Counted from the first letter of the stretch, positions 38,185-48,466 are shown. The stretch is 64,000 nucleotides of DNA from Thermofilaceae archaeon (GCA_038727095.1 JAVYWK010000004.1:1-64000); one strand, 5' to 3'. Notes: generated by a model from the sequence alone, not told the origin. Program-made: numbers and translations.

Positions 38185-38856
38185 GTGGACGGAGCGGGTG
38201 AGATGGGCAGTAAACCTCGCAGGAGGATAGATGCTAAAAGGGTTCTCGCGCAAACCCGGGAGGTTGCAGAGCCTGACTTGCTGGATTGGATTCTAGCTTT
38301 TTTCTACGCGAGTGAAGGCACGGTTCCCTCGAGAGTGCATCTGCAGAAGGCGCTTTTCATCGCGTCAAAGCATCTTCGTGATCTCGCTGAGGTTGCCGAG
38401 TTCAAGGCGTATAGGATGGGGGCGTGGAGCGATAGCGTTCATGACGCGTTGGAGCAGGCTCTAGCGAACGGGTGGGTTACCGAGCGGATGGGCCAGTTAG
38501 AACTCTCGGAGTTGGCGTACGATAGAGCGAGATCATCGTGGCATTTGCTCAGCGAGAAGGATAGGAGCGTTCTCGGGGAGATCGCCCGCTTCATTAAGGG
38601 TATGGATCGGGATGAGCTGCTGCTCTACACCTACCTGGTGTACGGTGGAGGAGAGAAGTCCGATGTGATCGATCGGCTGCTCAGGAGGCGAAGGGAGATA
38701 GCGGAGAGTTTGCTCGTGAAGGGGTTGATCTCCACCGGGCTGGCCGCAGAGCTCGCCGGGATGCCCTACACCGAGTTCGTAGACCACTTGAGGAGGAAGG
38801 GTGTCAAGCCGTTCACAGTTGACGCAGGAGACGTTGATGCAGCGGCGAGCCTCTAA
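38185..38856 (+). CDS. Antitoxin-like protein: wHTH (SocA/YwgA-like) fused to UPF0175
   Basis: HLQKALFI..FKAYRMGAWSDSV; C-terminal ISTGLAAELAGMPYTEFVDHLRRKGV. Confidence 0.75.
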   Translation: MDGAGEMGSKPRRRIDAKRVLAQTREVAEPDLLDWILAFFYASEGTVPSRVHLQKALFIASKHLRDLAEVAEFKAYRMGAWSDSVHDALEQALANGWVTERMGQLELSELAYDRARSSWHLLSEKDRSVLGEIARFIKGMDRDELLLYTYLVYGGGEKSDVIDRLLRRRREIAESLLVKGLISTGLAAELAGMPYTEFVDHLRRKGVKPFTVDAGDVDAAASL

Positions 38857-39364
38857 GAAGTACGTCCTGGTAGTTGACACGTCGGTTCTCATAAGCCTAC
38901 ACGAGCTTGGGTGCGTTGAGCTTCTAGAGAATCTCTCGAGCCTCCCTTTCGTAGATGTAGTCTTACCTGACACCGTTATGAACGAGCTTGCTAGAGCGAG
39001 AACGCGAGTTCGCCTTTCGCAAGGATGCATACGCACTGAGCGAGCTGTGGTGAACACTCTACCCGATGATATCCCTAGAAGGCTGGGCAGAGGAGAGCGA
39101 GGAGTTATCGCAGTAGCTTACGAGCTTACGCAGCGCTCCGGAGCAATTGTCGTCGCGGTCACAGATGATGGCCAAGCGAGAGCTAAGTGTGAGAGGATAG
39201 GCGTGAAGGTTCACGGGACATTAGGGCTTATTGAGCTAGCCAAGAAGTGGGGGATTGTGACAAAGGAGGAAGCTTTACGAATTTTGGATCAAGTCCCTGG
39301 TACGAAGCTCCACATAACTGTTGATGTTTTGACGATAGCGAAGGAAAAAATCCAGTCCCAGTAA
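38801..39364 (+). CDS. DUF3368-type PIN domain protein
   Basis: VVDTSVLI, LGRGERGVI, TDDGQAR, HGTLGLI. Confidence 0.85.
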   Translation: MSSRSQLTQETLMQRRASKKYVLVVDTSVLISLHELGCVELLENLSSLPFVDVVLPDTVMNELARARTRVRLSQGCIRTERAVVNTLPDDIPRRLGRGERGVIAVAYELTQRSGAIVVAVTDDGQARAKCERIGVKVHGTLGLIELAKKWGIVTKEEALRILDQVPGTKLHITVDVLTIAKEKIQSQ

Positions 39365-39435
39365 GTACAGGAAGAGTGAAGGGCTAAGGCTGGAAAGAGC
39401 TTGAAAATGATGCTTATAGTTAGGGGGGTGACTTG

Positions 39436-39495
39436 GTTAGGGGGGTAGCCTCTTCGGAGCCAAAGAGGTAGGAGGGGATTTCTTCGATATGGAGC
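39436..39495 (+). repeat. Degenerate direct repeat of 36448-36518
   Basis: Shared GTTAGGGGG(G)TAGC, GAGCCRAAGAGG and GGATTTCTTCGATATGGAGC. Confidence 0.75.
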
Positions 39496-39629
39496 GGGTA
39501 TTATTCGGAACCAGATCGACTTGGGTTTCCTCGAGGAGAGGGATTACGGCTAGGAGTAAGAGGGGGCTAGCGGCTCTAGTTAGTAGTACGCTTACCTTTG
39601 TGCGCTCCGGAGTGCTGAGCAGGTGCGTT

Positions 39630-41012
39630 TTATGCGGGAAATTTCTTCTTGATTACGACGTACGTGATGGCTGCGGCGGCGAGGGCTGCAGTTGAGGCTA
39701 GGGCTAGGATTGCGAGGTTCTGGAGGGTTTCCCCGGTTTTAGCGGCTGAAGCTTGGCTTAAGCCTACGTACTCGTTCGATCCTGCTACGAATTCGGGGTG
39801 GACTCCGGTTACGCATCTTACGAGGGTTGCTCCCGGTACCTGGCTATAGGGGGTCCAATCGCCCTCGTACCAGACGAGCCGCTGGTTCCAGCCGGCGTAA
39901 CCGAGTTTCGCGGCTGCAGCGATTAGGGCTGTATCTGCCGGCTCCAAGCCGGAGACCACCCTGTTCTCGACCAGCCACTCCAGCTCGGCCTTCAGGGCTG
40001 CTTTCACCTCATCTTCGCTAACCTGCTCCGCGAGCGTTAGCCTCGAGTCGACGGTTTCCACTAACTCGCACTTCCGGATGAGCTCCGCGCCCAGGCTGAT
40101 CGCCTCGAAGAGCTTCTCCAACCCCCCTTTCACTTCGCTCAAGTCGGCTGCCCCCTCGATGGTGATTTGGCAGAAGCCACTGCTCGAGCTTACGCGAACG
40201 GTGGCTCCACCGATCCTCTTCGTGAGAACTCCCTCCTCAAGCTCCCACCCTAACTCGCGGGGGAGGGGCATCCACGGTGTACAGCTGCACTCTATGTTTA
40301 ACCGCTCCACTGTGAGCGTGGTTTGAGTTGAAGTGGACCAGCTTAACGTGAGGGTGACCTCGTACGCTCCCGGTTTGACCAGCATCGGGGCATCGTAGCC
40401 CGGGATCAGTACGAGGATTCTGGCGCAACCTTCTCCCACGCTGAGCAGGCAGGGCATCGAGATTCTGTACTCGATACCTCTCTCAACTTCTTTCAGGAGG
40501 AGGCTGCCGCTGACGATGAGGCTCGCGTTCCCCTCGGTTTGCGCGGAGAGCACGGGTTTGAACTTCAGGTAGCAGGACGAGTTGAGGGTGAGCGTGCCTA
40601 ACGCTACTTCGGCATCCCCCTCACCGAGCGATACTGGCAGGCTGATGCTCTCCCTGAGATTCGAGTGGCAGGGTGGCGGTATGGAGCACGTGAGGGTTTT
40701 GTACTCCCTCCACGCGACTGGTGCCTGCACTCTAACGGCTAGGTGCTTCGCATCATCGTTGACCCTCTGCTCGGAGAGCACGACGATCAGCCGTGAGTCG
40801 AAGTGGCTTCGGTAGGCGTACCCAATGCCGTTCGCGTACTCGATCTCGCTCGCACCGGTGAGCTTGCTCAAATCGTACTCCACACCGGGCTTGTTCAATA
40901 CAACTTCTACAGCGTAGACATCCGCTGGACTGAAACAGGCAACCGCTAACTGCAGCGTTAAAGCGGTTGTAATCAGGATCACTGCTAAAGCGATCTTCCC
41001 ATCCGCTCCCAT
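39630..41012 (-). CDS. Cys-rich membrane-anchored surface protein (similar to heavy-Cys/CGP-CTERM family)
   Basis: Signal peptide, CFSPADVYAVEVVLNKPG, AKLGYAGWN, C-terminal TM plus KKK. Confidence 0.65.
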   Translation of the reverse strand: MGADGKIALAVILITTALTLQLAVACFSPADVYAVEVVLNKPGVEYDLSKLTGASEIEYANGIGYAYRSHFDSRLIVVLSEQRVNDDAKHLAVRVQAPVAWREYKTLTCSIPPPCHSNLRESISLPVSLGEGDAEVALGTLTLNSSCYLKFKPVLSAQTEGNASLIVSGSLLLKEVERGIEYRISMPCLLSVGEGCARILVLIPGYDAPMLVKPGAYEVTLTLSWSTSTQTTLTVERLNIECSCTPWMPLPRELGWELEEGVLTKRIGGATVRVSSSSGFCQITIEGAADLSEVKGGLEKLFEAISLGAELIRKCELVETVDSRLTLAEQVSEDEVKAALKAELEWLVENRVVSGLEPADTALIAAAAKLGYAGWNQRLVWYEGDWTPYSQVPGATLVRCVTGVHPEFVAGSNEYVGLSQASAAKTGETLQNLAILALASTAALAAAAITYVVIKKKFPA

Positions 41013-41348
41013 TTTAGCTCTAGATCCCTATCCAAGTCCCCATAAAAAGACAGGAGTTCTGAACAGAGTGTTAACACCTGTAAACGCTCCTTTAACAGGT
41101 AGCCCTAACCCTGCGGCAACTGATGCGAAAGTGCGATATCCTCTACCCCTTTATCGGTTTAATCGCGCCCTACCGAGGCCGAGAACAGCCGATCCAAATA
41201 CTGGGGAGTAGCGTGCAGCTGAGGTTAAGATGGGGGCATCGTCGGGGTTATTCTAAACAGTTTTCGTAAACTTTCGGGTAGTACTGATGCTCAATCAAAC
41301 ATGCAGTATGTTTATAAGTAGATTAACCCTATAAAATGGGCGTAAAGA

Positions 41349-41672
41349 ATGGCAAGTTGGGGATCAGCTTTTGTAGTTGCTTTAAAGATACTTCTGATGT
41401 GTGTTGTTTGGTATATTATCGGATTAATTATAATTGTCACAGGCCTAGCTGCTATGGGATCCTCACTTCAGGCTTTAATGCAGTCCATGATGGGTTCACC
41501 GTACGGGGTTCCTCAAGTTGATTTCACCGGCTTAGTTGCCGGCCTTGTGCTCATAATCGTCGGGCTGACTATCACATCGCTTGGGTCGATAGCGACCTTC
41601 CTCAAGTACTCGGCTGAGTACTACGCTAGAGAGATCATTCGATACTTTTCGCCTCCCCCACCTCCAACGTAA
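41349..41672 (+). CDS. Small two-TM membrane protein
   Basis: Two long hydrophobic helices and a poly-Pro tail. Confidence 0.75.
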   Translation: MASWGSAFVVALKILLMCVVWYIIGLIIIVTGLAAMGSSLQALMQSMMGSPYGVPQVDFTGLVAGLVLIIVGLTITSLGSIATFLKYSAEYYAREIIRYFSPPPPPT

Positions 41673-41784
41673 CTCTGGACTCTTGGAATCTAGTTCAACG
41701 TGCTGAGCGAGCAGTAAAGGCTGCAGAACCGGGAAAGTGGTAAGACTCAAAAGCTTCAAGTATCTCTAAAACATAATTCAAGGG

Positions 41785-44172
41785 ATGTGTAAGGCTTGGC
41801 TCTACGGCTTAATCGTTCTCGTGCTACTGGGCCTGCTAACAGAGGTTCCTAGGGCTGATCAAGGCGAATTGGAGTGGGTTGGTACTGTGTACATAAGGTT
41901 CGATGGTAGAGTTGAACCCTCTGACGCTCCCGTCGTGACTTACGATGGAGCTGTTTACACGCTGACCGGCAATATTGCGAGCTCGGAGCACGGGATAGTC
42001 GTGGAGAGGGACAATGTAATCCTCGAAGGAGCCGGCCACAGGATACGAGGGGGGCGCGAGGAGTACTATGCTGGCGTCTACCTCTTCCGCGTTAGGAACG
42101 TAACGGTCAGAAACGTGGTGGTCGAAAACTCTAGCACCGGGGTTTGGCTCTTCAAGTGCATTGACTGTTCAGTGAAAAATAGCAGGATTGTAAACTCGAA
42201 GTACGGGGTGTGGCTGACGAGTTCCACCGGCAGCACTATCAGCTGGAACACCCTGGAGGGCAACGAGTGGGGGATTGGGCTTCATTCTTCCCAGTTCAAT
42301 ACTCTCGAGGGTAACGTGGTTACTGGAGGTTACATCGGCATCTACTTGGTCGACTCCTCCAACAGTAACATAGTTCGAGGAAACAATGCTTCCGGAAACG
42401 AGTTTGGCATAGCGGTTCTCTCCTCCTCGAATAACACGGTCTACGGGAACTTTGTAGCGGGCAACAGTTACGGAATCTTCCTCGAGGAATCTCGATGCAA
42501 CGTTGTTAAAGACAATACCGTGGAGGATAACTTCGACGGTCTCGTGCTCTCCAATTCGTCTCAAAACATAGTCGTTAGCAACAGAGTATCTGCTAACCGG
42601 GAGTCTGGAGTCTGGTTGTACAATTCCTCGGGGAACATCATTCGGATGAACGTTTTTACAAACAATCTATACGGTCTCTATCTGAAGCAGGGCTCGAATA
42701 GCAATTTGATTGAAGCGAACTCTTTCAGCAATTGTAGCCTGTACGTGAAGCAGTCCTACCGGAACACAGTCGCCGGTAACACGGTGAACGGAAAGCCGTT
42801 AATCTACTTGGAAGGCGTCTCCCACGCCACCGTAAAGGGGGTGGCTGGGCAGGTCGTACTCGTCCAGTGCGATAGCGTGAAGGTAGAGGGTGTAAACGTG
42901 TCACGCACAACGGTTGGAATCCTCCTTTCGGAGACCAACCACACTGAAATCGTTGATAGCAGCGTATCGGAGAGCTACATAGGAGTCGGGATACTAAGTT
43001 CTCATGGCACAACCGTCAATAGGGTCAACTTAACGGGGAACAGGGAAGGGATTAGCTTAGATGATCAATCATCGAATAACCTCATAAACGGAAGCAGGGT
43101 GGTAGCGAACTGGCACGGCATCCTCCTGTTCATTAGCTCGAACAATACTGTTAGCTGGAGCATTATAACCAATAACACCCATGGGGTCACTTTAGTATCC
43201 TCCTCGCACATTGTCGTCTCCAGCAACACTATAGCGAACAACTCCTTCGGCGTATCCCTGCAAAACTCCTCTAGCAACCTTGTGCGCGGCAACAGGATTG
43301 CCCGCAACGAGTACGGGATAGACTTAGGCTTCTCCTCCTGTAGCAACATTATCGAAAGAAACCTCGTGAGAGAAAACGGGTTCGGTGTTCGTCTCAATAA
43401 CTCCTCGGGTAACAGCATCAGCGAGAACCTCATCTCGAGGAACAACATCGGCATACGCGTTGAGCGTTCCATCGGGAACATCATCGCGAGGAACGGCTTC
43501 CTCAGAAACCTCGTACAAGCCGATAACTACGATAGCACCAGCGAGTGGGATCTCGGCTACCCGGATGGGGGGAACTACTGGAGCGATTACAGGGGGGAAG
43601 ACTTCTACAGCGGCCCCAGCCAGGATCAAGCGGGGAGTGATGGGATAGGTGATAATCCCTACAGCATCGATGAGTGGAATAAGGATCGATACCCGATCAT
43701 GCTTTTGAAGCACGCGGTCTCCTGGTACAGCGATGAACCCCCGTTTTGCGCCGTCAGGCTCCTTAAAGGTGATGGGGAAAGAGCTGAGGTAGCTGGGGGA
43801 GAGCTTCTCGAAGTATACCTTGGGGATTCATCCGATGACACGGGTATCAGGAGGATCCGCTTTACAAGCTACACGGTGATCGACGGCACTGTAAGGGAGG
43901 AACGGGGCTCCTGGTACTACTGGGAAGCTAGTTACGGTAACTGGGACCCCTACAGGAAGGTCGCGACCTTCACGTTTATAGAACCGGGAACCGTAGAGTT
44001 ACGGGTGGAAGTTGAAGACGATTCAGGGCAGGTGTCGCAATGCCGCGTGACAATCATCGTTCAGCCCCCAACCCCAGCTTGGTACAACGCTCTGCTACGC
44101 CTTTTACCGCTCCTCATAACCTCCGTAGCTGTGTTTGCCGCAATCATAGTGTTAAAGCGAAGGAGAAGGTAG
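41785..44172 (+). CDS. NosD/CASH parallel beta-helix surface protein
   Basis: Many G(I/V)xLxxSxxNxIxxN repeats, GGNYWSDY..DGIGD.PY..DRYP, C-terminal TM plus RRRR. Confidence 0.88.
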   Translation: MCKAWLYGLIVLVLLGLLTEVPRADQGELEWVGTVYIRFDGRVEPSDAPVVTYDGAVYTLTGNIASSEHGIVVERDNVILEGAGHRIRGGREEYYAGVYLFRVRNVTVRNVVVENSSTGVWLFKCIDCSVKNSRIVNSKYGVWLTSSTGSTISWNTLEGNEWGIGLHSSQFNTLEGNVVTGGYIGIYLVDSSNSNIVRGNNASGNEFGIAVLSSSNNTVYGNFVAGNSYGIFLEESRCNVVKDNTVEDNFDGLVLSNSSQNIVVSNRVSANRESGVWLYNSSGNIIRMNVFTNNLYGLYLKQGSNSNLIEANSFSNCSLYVKQSYRNTVAGNTVNGKPLIYLEGVSHATVKGVAGQVVLVQCDSVKVEGVNVSRTTVGILLSETNHTEIVDSSVSESYIGVGILSSHGTTVNRVNLTGNREGISLDDQSSNNLINGSRVVANWHGILLFISSNNTVSWSIITNNTHGVTLVSSSHIVVSSNTIANNSFGVSLQNSSSNLVRGNRIARNEYGIDLGFSSCSNIIERNLVRENGFGVRLNNSSGNSISENLISRNNIGIRVERSIGNIIARNGFLRNLVQADNYDSTSEWDLGYPDGGNYWSDYRGEDFYSGPSQDQAGSDGIGDNPYSIDEWNKDRYPIMLLKHAVSWYSDEPPFCAVRLLKGDGERAEVAGGELLEVYLGDSSDDTGIRRIRFTSYTVIDGTVREERGSWYYWEASYGNWDPYRKVATFTFIEPGTVELRVEVEDDSGQVSQCRVTIIVQPPTPAWYNALLRLLPLLITSVAVFAAIIVLKRRRR

Positions 44173-44278
44173 TGCCTTTAGAAAGTGTCCGCTCAAACAG
44201 GCCTCACAGGGTTTGAATGTTGGGGGACTCTGTGCACGTAACAGTTCAACGTGTAGTGCTGCGATGATCGCTTCCCCT

Positions 44279-45106
44279 CTAGCCTTTAACCGTGAGCCTA
44301 GTCCATGCTGCAAACCGCCTACCCTCCGCTTCCATGTAGGGGAAGCGAGCTTCAATAACGTAGTCTCCCGCCTCACTTAAGCGTAAATCGTATTCGGCGG
44401 AGATGGACGCCGTGGCTTTCAGAACCCGTTCCTCGAGGACCTGTATACACGGCACGCTAGGGTCGAAACCTGCGGGGTAGACCTCGACGGGCTCAACCCC
44501 CTCTCTGTGTAGGAGGACTCTCGTGTCCGGGTGGCACGGCGTGGGGGAAATGTAGTTGAAGTCTTCGGGCATCAAGTTGAAAACCGTTACTCGAATTCTC
44601 CGCGTGGAGCCTACGTTAGCCACAGGTTCACCCACGTCGATGAAGATCAGGATATTGAGCTCGCTCGAAAGGGAGGCTGTTATAGCCTGCAGCAGTGCGT
44701 GGAGGTGCGACAGCTCGGGGGGTACTCTGCTGAGATCCGTCCACATGTAGGTGAGCGTTCTACCTCCTCTTCGGACAACCAGGCTGTAGGTGAAGTAGTC
44801 GGCACCCCCCTCCGGCTCCAGCTTCAAGCCGTTGGGGTGGGATGAGAGCAGTTTCTCCAACCTGCTGGTTAAACCGCTCAAAACCTGCTGGGGTAGTTTG
44901 GCGGACCTCACCATATTGCCTCTAACCCTGTACACCACGCCTCCGCCGGAACTGAGAACGATTCCGTCATTCCTACCCCAGAAGCCCCCCGTGATGCTGT
45001 ACTCGAGGGTGAAGCCGGCTTCCCCCCTCCTTAGGGATGATGTAATGAGGAGAATCATCACGGCAACAGTGGCGCAAACCCCTGCTAAGTATATGGTGGT
45101 TTTCAC
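44279..45106 (-). CDS. Membrane-anchored or secreted hypothetical protein
   Basis: N-terminal TM; TGGFWG..ADYFTY; C-terminal Ig-like domain. Confidence 0.7.
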   Translation of the reverse strand: MKTTIYLAGVCATVAVMILLITSSLRRGEAGFTLEYSITGGFWGRNDGIVLSSGGGVVYRVRGNMVRSAKLPQQVLSGLTSRLEKLLSSHPNGLKLEPEGGADYFTYSLVVRRGGRTLTYMWTDLSRVPPELSHLHALLQAITASLSSELNILIFIDVGEPVANVGSTRRIRVTVFNLMPEDFNYISPTPCHPDTRVLLHREGVEPVEVYPAGFDPSVPCIQVLEERVLKATASISAEYDLRLSEAGDYVIEARFPYMEAEGRRFAAWTRLTVKG

Positions 45107-45203
45107 TATGTTCGTGGTTTAGAAGATTCCCAGCTGCTAATATATTCATCGTCCCGGCCGTTTAAGGTATCATCCATCGCGTTTAACGGGAGGTCTATAA
45201 GGC

Positions 45204-46736
45204 GTGCTCAGCGAGGTGCCTGTGCGCCCTTTAGCTGTTGTTGGAAGGGTTCTAGAGGGGTTCGACGAGAGTGGGAGGCCGATCTGGCATGACGGCATGG
45301 TGGTGGAGGGTGGCCGCGTGGTCTACCTGGGTTCTCGCGCGAGGGAGGTGGCGGGGCCCGGGGCTACGGTGTTGGAGGTGGACGGCGTTGTGCTGCCAGG
45401 CTTCACTGACTCCCATGCTCACCTTTCGAGCCTCGGTCTCTCGTTGAAGACGCTGGATTTGAGGGGTGTGGACTCGATCGGGGAGCTGAAGGGGAGGGTT
45501 GCGGATGCCGCGCGCAAGCTGGGTCCCGGTGCGTGGATCCTGGGTAGGGGTTGGGACCAGGAGTTGTTCAAGGAGGGTAGGTGGCCTACGCGGTGGGACC
45601 TCGATGAAGCGGCCCCCAGCAATCCGGTGCTGCTCGTCAGAGTGTGCGGCCACGCGGCTGTCGCGAACACGCTCGCTCTCGCTGCTGCTGGAATCACGGA
45701 TTCCACGCCCGACCCGCCCGGCGGCATTATCGAGAGGGAGGGTGGCAGAGTGACGGGCGTCCTGAAGGAGTCCGCCGTTGAGGTGGTGCTCGCCGTTGCC
45801 CAGAGGGGGTCTGCTGAGGCGATGGTCCGCGAGGGGGTTGAAGCCCTGCTGGCCAACGGGGTGACATGCGTCCACGCGATGTCCGTCAGAGGGGAGGAGC
45901 TGGCCGCGCTCGTGAAGCTCGCTGAATCGGGGGAGCTGCGCGTGCGCGTGAGAGCGTACCTCGACGCGAGCGTCCCTGATCTGAGGCCGCTGAGCTTGGG
46001 GTACCTGCGCGTGGTCGGCTTGAAGGCCTTCGCCGACGGCAGCTTGGGCGCTAGGACGGCCGCCCTCCGGGAGCCCTACAGCGACGACCCGGGGAACTCG
46101 GGTGTTCTTCTGATGGATCGAAGCGCGATCGCCCGCGCGCTGGAGATGGCTGGAAGGAGGGGTTTGCAGCTGGCGGTTCACGCGATCGGGGATAGAGCGC
46201 TCGAGGAGGTGGTTGAAGCGGCGAAGCTGGTGCGGGGGAGCCTCAGGGTTGAGCACGCTTCAGTGGCTCCGCCCGACCTACTGGACCAGCTGGCTGAGTT
46301 CGGTTTACCGGTGAGCGCTCAACCGAGGTTCATCATCAGCGACTGGTGGATCGTCTCGAGGCTGGGTATGCGGGCGCGCTGGGCCTACCCGTTCAGGAGC
46401 ATCCTCCAGCGCGGGATCGACCTCAGCTTCTCCTCTGACGCACCCGTCGAGCCCTGCAGCCCATGGGAGGGCGTCTACGCTGCCGTGACGAGGGGTTCCC
46501 TCGAGGGCCTGCCCGCGTCCCGGCTCTGGGCCTCCGAGGCCTTGAGCGTCGAGGAAGCCGTGAGGTGCTACACGGAGGTTGCGCCCAGGATCCTTGGCGA
46601 GGCTTACGGGAGGTTGAGCCCAGGCTACCCGGCGGACTTCATTGTGGTTGACGGGGACCCGTTCAGCCTACCGGGGGGAGAGGTCAGGCGAGTACGAGTG
46701 CTCGCTACCTACGTTGACGGCGTGAGGGTGCGCTAG
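45204..46736 (+). CDS. Amidohydrolase 3 (YtcJ-like)
   Basis: PGFTDSHAH, FADGSLGARTA, HAIGD, EHAS, SSDAPV. Confidence 0.92.
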   Translation: MLSEVPVRPLAVVGRVLEGFDESGRPIWHDGMVVEGGRVVYLGSRAREVAGPGATVLEVDGVVLPGFTDSHAHLSSLGLSLKTLDLRGVDSIGELKGRVADAARKLGPGAWILGRGWDQELFKEGRWPTRWDLDEAAPSNPVLLVRVCGHAAVANTLALAAAGITDSTPDPPGGIIEREGGRVTGVLKESAVEVVLAVAQRGSAEAMVREGVEALLANGVTCVHAMSVRGEELAALVKLAESGELRVRVRAYLDASVPDLRPLSLGYLRVVGLKAFADGSLGARTAALREPYSDDPGNSGVLLMDRSAIARALEMAGRRGLQLAVHAIGDRALEEVVEAAKLVRGSLRVEHASVAPPDLLDQLAEFGLPVSAQPRFIISDWWIVSRLGMRARWAYPFRSILQRGIDLSFSSDAPVEPCSPWEGVYAAVTRGSLEGLPASRLWASEALSVEEAVRCYTEVAPRILGEAYGRLSPGYPADFIVVDGDPFSLPGGEVRRVRVLATYVDGVRVR

Positions 46737-46781
46737 GGCGGGCTGCGCGCACCTTATTAGAAGGTTCTCCTTCTGGTTACC

Positions 46782-47075
46782 GTGTTTGCCGTGGGCGAGG
46801 CCCGTCTGAAGGCTGTGAAGGGGCTCATCAGGGCGAGGGTGGTGGTCGATAGGGGTAGGGGCATCGTCGTAGATGCGAGCATTAGCGGGGACTTCTTCGT
46901 GTACCCGGAGGATTGCGTCTTCCGGCTTGAGGAGGAGCTTAGGGGGGCTCCGGTCGGCGAGGTGAGGGAGAGGGTTGAGCGTGCGCTGAGCGGGGTGAAG
47001 CTCGTCGGCTCGACGGTGGAGGACTTCGTTAGGGTGGTCGAGGAGGCCGTGAGGGCTGCCGGGTGGGGCGGGTGA
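46782..47075 (+). CDS. lplB: Lipoate-protein ligase accessory (C-terminal) domain
   Basis: KGLIRA..ISGDFFVYPE..LEEELRG. Confidence 0.85.
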   Translation: MFAVGEARLKAVKGLIRARVVVDRGRGIVVDASISGDFFVYPEDCVFRLEEELRGAPVGEVRERVERALSGVKLVGSTVEDFVRVVEEAVRAAGWGG

Positions 47076-47641
47076 GGTCGCGCTGCAGGGCGTTCTGGGC
47101 TAGCGTGAGCGGGCTGGCCAGGAGGGCTTGGGAGGAGAGGAAGCGGTACCGCATGCTGACCCTGCAGGAGGCGCTGCTGCTCCTCCTCAACATCTCCGTG
47201 CTACCGGTGATGCTCTGGACCTCCAGTCTGCTTCTGACTGGCGCGAGCGTCTTCCTCGCCCGATCCTTCTACCCCCACGCGGCGCTGGTGATCTTTGTCA
47301 ACAACCTGATGGCTGCGGGGCTGATATCGCTCACAGCTACGACTGCGAGGAGGCTCTCCTGGGTTTGGGCGCTCTCGAGCGAGGCTGTGAGCAGGAACGC
47401 TGGTAAAGCGGCGCTGCTCTTCACCACCTGCGTCTTTGCTGCCTCTCTCTACATGAGGAGGAACATCGTATCCCCGATCCTCTTCCTCCTCCCGCACTTC
47501 TGGCTGGAGTACATGGCCTTGGCGGTGGCCGCGTACGCCGGCTTCAAGCCCTCACCGAGAGCCTTCGCCGCGTCCGCAGCCCTCCTAGCGGTGGCCGCGC
47601 TGTTCGAGGTTGCCGCAGCCGCAACCTTCGCGAGCCGTTGA
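47063..47641 (+). CDS. SpoIIM/DUF95-like membrane protein
   Basis: IFVNNL, LLPHFWLE, AALFE. Confidence 0.6.
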   Translation: MGRVRSRCRAFWASVSGLARRAWEERKRYRMLTLQEALLLLLNISVLPVMLWTSSLLLTGASVFLARSFYPHAALVIFVNNLMAAGLISLTATTARRLSWVWALSSEAVSRNAGKAALLFTTCVFAASLYMRRNIVSPILFLLPHFWLEYMALAVAAYAGFKPSPRAFAASAALLAVAALFEVAAAATFASR

Positions 47642-47650
47642 GGTGCCCCC

Positions 47651-48466
47651 ATGGTGAGGGAGCTGAGGATTCTCTTGTATGAGACCCCCGGCGACCCCTT
47701 CATGAACCTGGCTTTCGAGGAGGCGCTCGCGAGAGTTAGGGGCGCGGGCCTGACTCCCGACACCCTTCGGATCTGGAGGAACGCGAGAGCCGTCGTCATC
47801 GGCTACTTCCAGAGGGCTGAGGAAGAGGTGGACCTGGCTGAGGCGGAGAGGCTCAGAGTCAGCGTCGTCAGGCGGTTCACGGGTGGGGGAGCGGTCTACC
47901 ACGATCTCGGCAACGTGAACTACGCGCTCGCCGTTAGCCTCCCCTCCAGCGACCCCGAGGGCTACGCCTACGGCTACCTGCTGCGCGGGACTCTAAGGGC
48001 GCTGGAGAAGCTGGGGGTTAGAGCGTCCGTGGAGAACGTGAACGACGTGGTCGCCGCCGGCAGGAAGGTCTCGGGGACGGCTGCCAGCTTCAGGTGGAAC
48101 TGCTGCTTCCTTCACGGCACGCTCCTCGTCGACGCCGACCTCGACGCGCTCTCGAGGCTCCTGAAGCCCGCGGTGGAGAAGCTGTCCAGTAGGGGGGTTT
48201 CAGACGTGAAGCGTAGGGTCGTGAACCTCTCGGAGCTGCTGGGGGTGAAGCCCAGCTACCGGAGGATCGTCTCGGCGCTCGTGGAGGGGTTCGCGGAGCT
48301 GCTGGGCGCTGAGGCCTACTTCGACCTACCCCTAAGGGAGGAGCTCGAGGTTGCCGAGCTTCTGTACGAGCGGAAGTACCGCAGGGTTGAGTGGAACTTG
48401 AGGAGGGCTCCGCACAGCGCGTTCGCGGGGCTGGAGGAGGAGATCAGGGGGGTTTTGAGAGGCTGA
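47651..48466 (+). CDS. lplA: Lipoate-protein ligase A catalytic domain
   Basis: NLAFEE, RRFTGGGAVYHD, RKVSGTA, HGTLL. Confidence 0.92.
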   Translation: MVRELRILLYETPGDPFMNLAFEEALARVRGAGLTPDTLRIWRNARAVVIGYFQRAEEEVDLAEAERLRVSVVRRFTGGGAVYHDLGNVNYALAVSLPSSDPEGYAYGYLLRGTLRALEKLGVRASVENVNDVVAAGRKVSGTAASFRWNCCFLHGTLLVDADLDALSRLLKPAVEKLSSRGVSDVKRRVVNLSELLGVKPSYRRIVSALVEGFAELLGAEAYFDLPLREELEVAELLYERKYRRVEWNLRRAPHSAFAGLEEEIRGVLRG

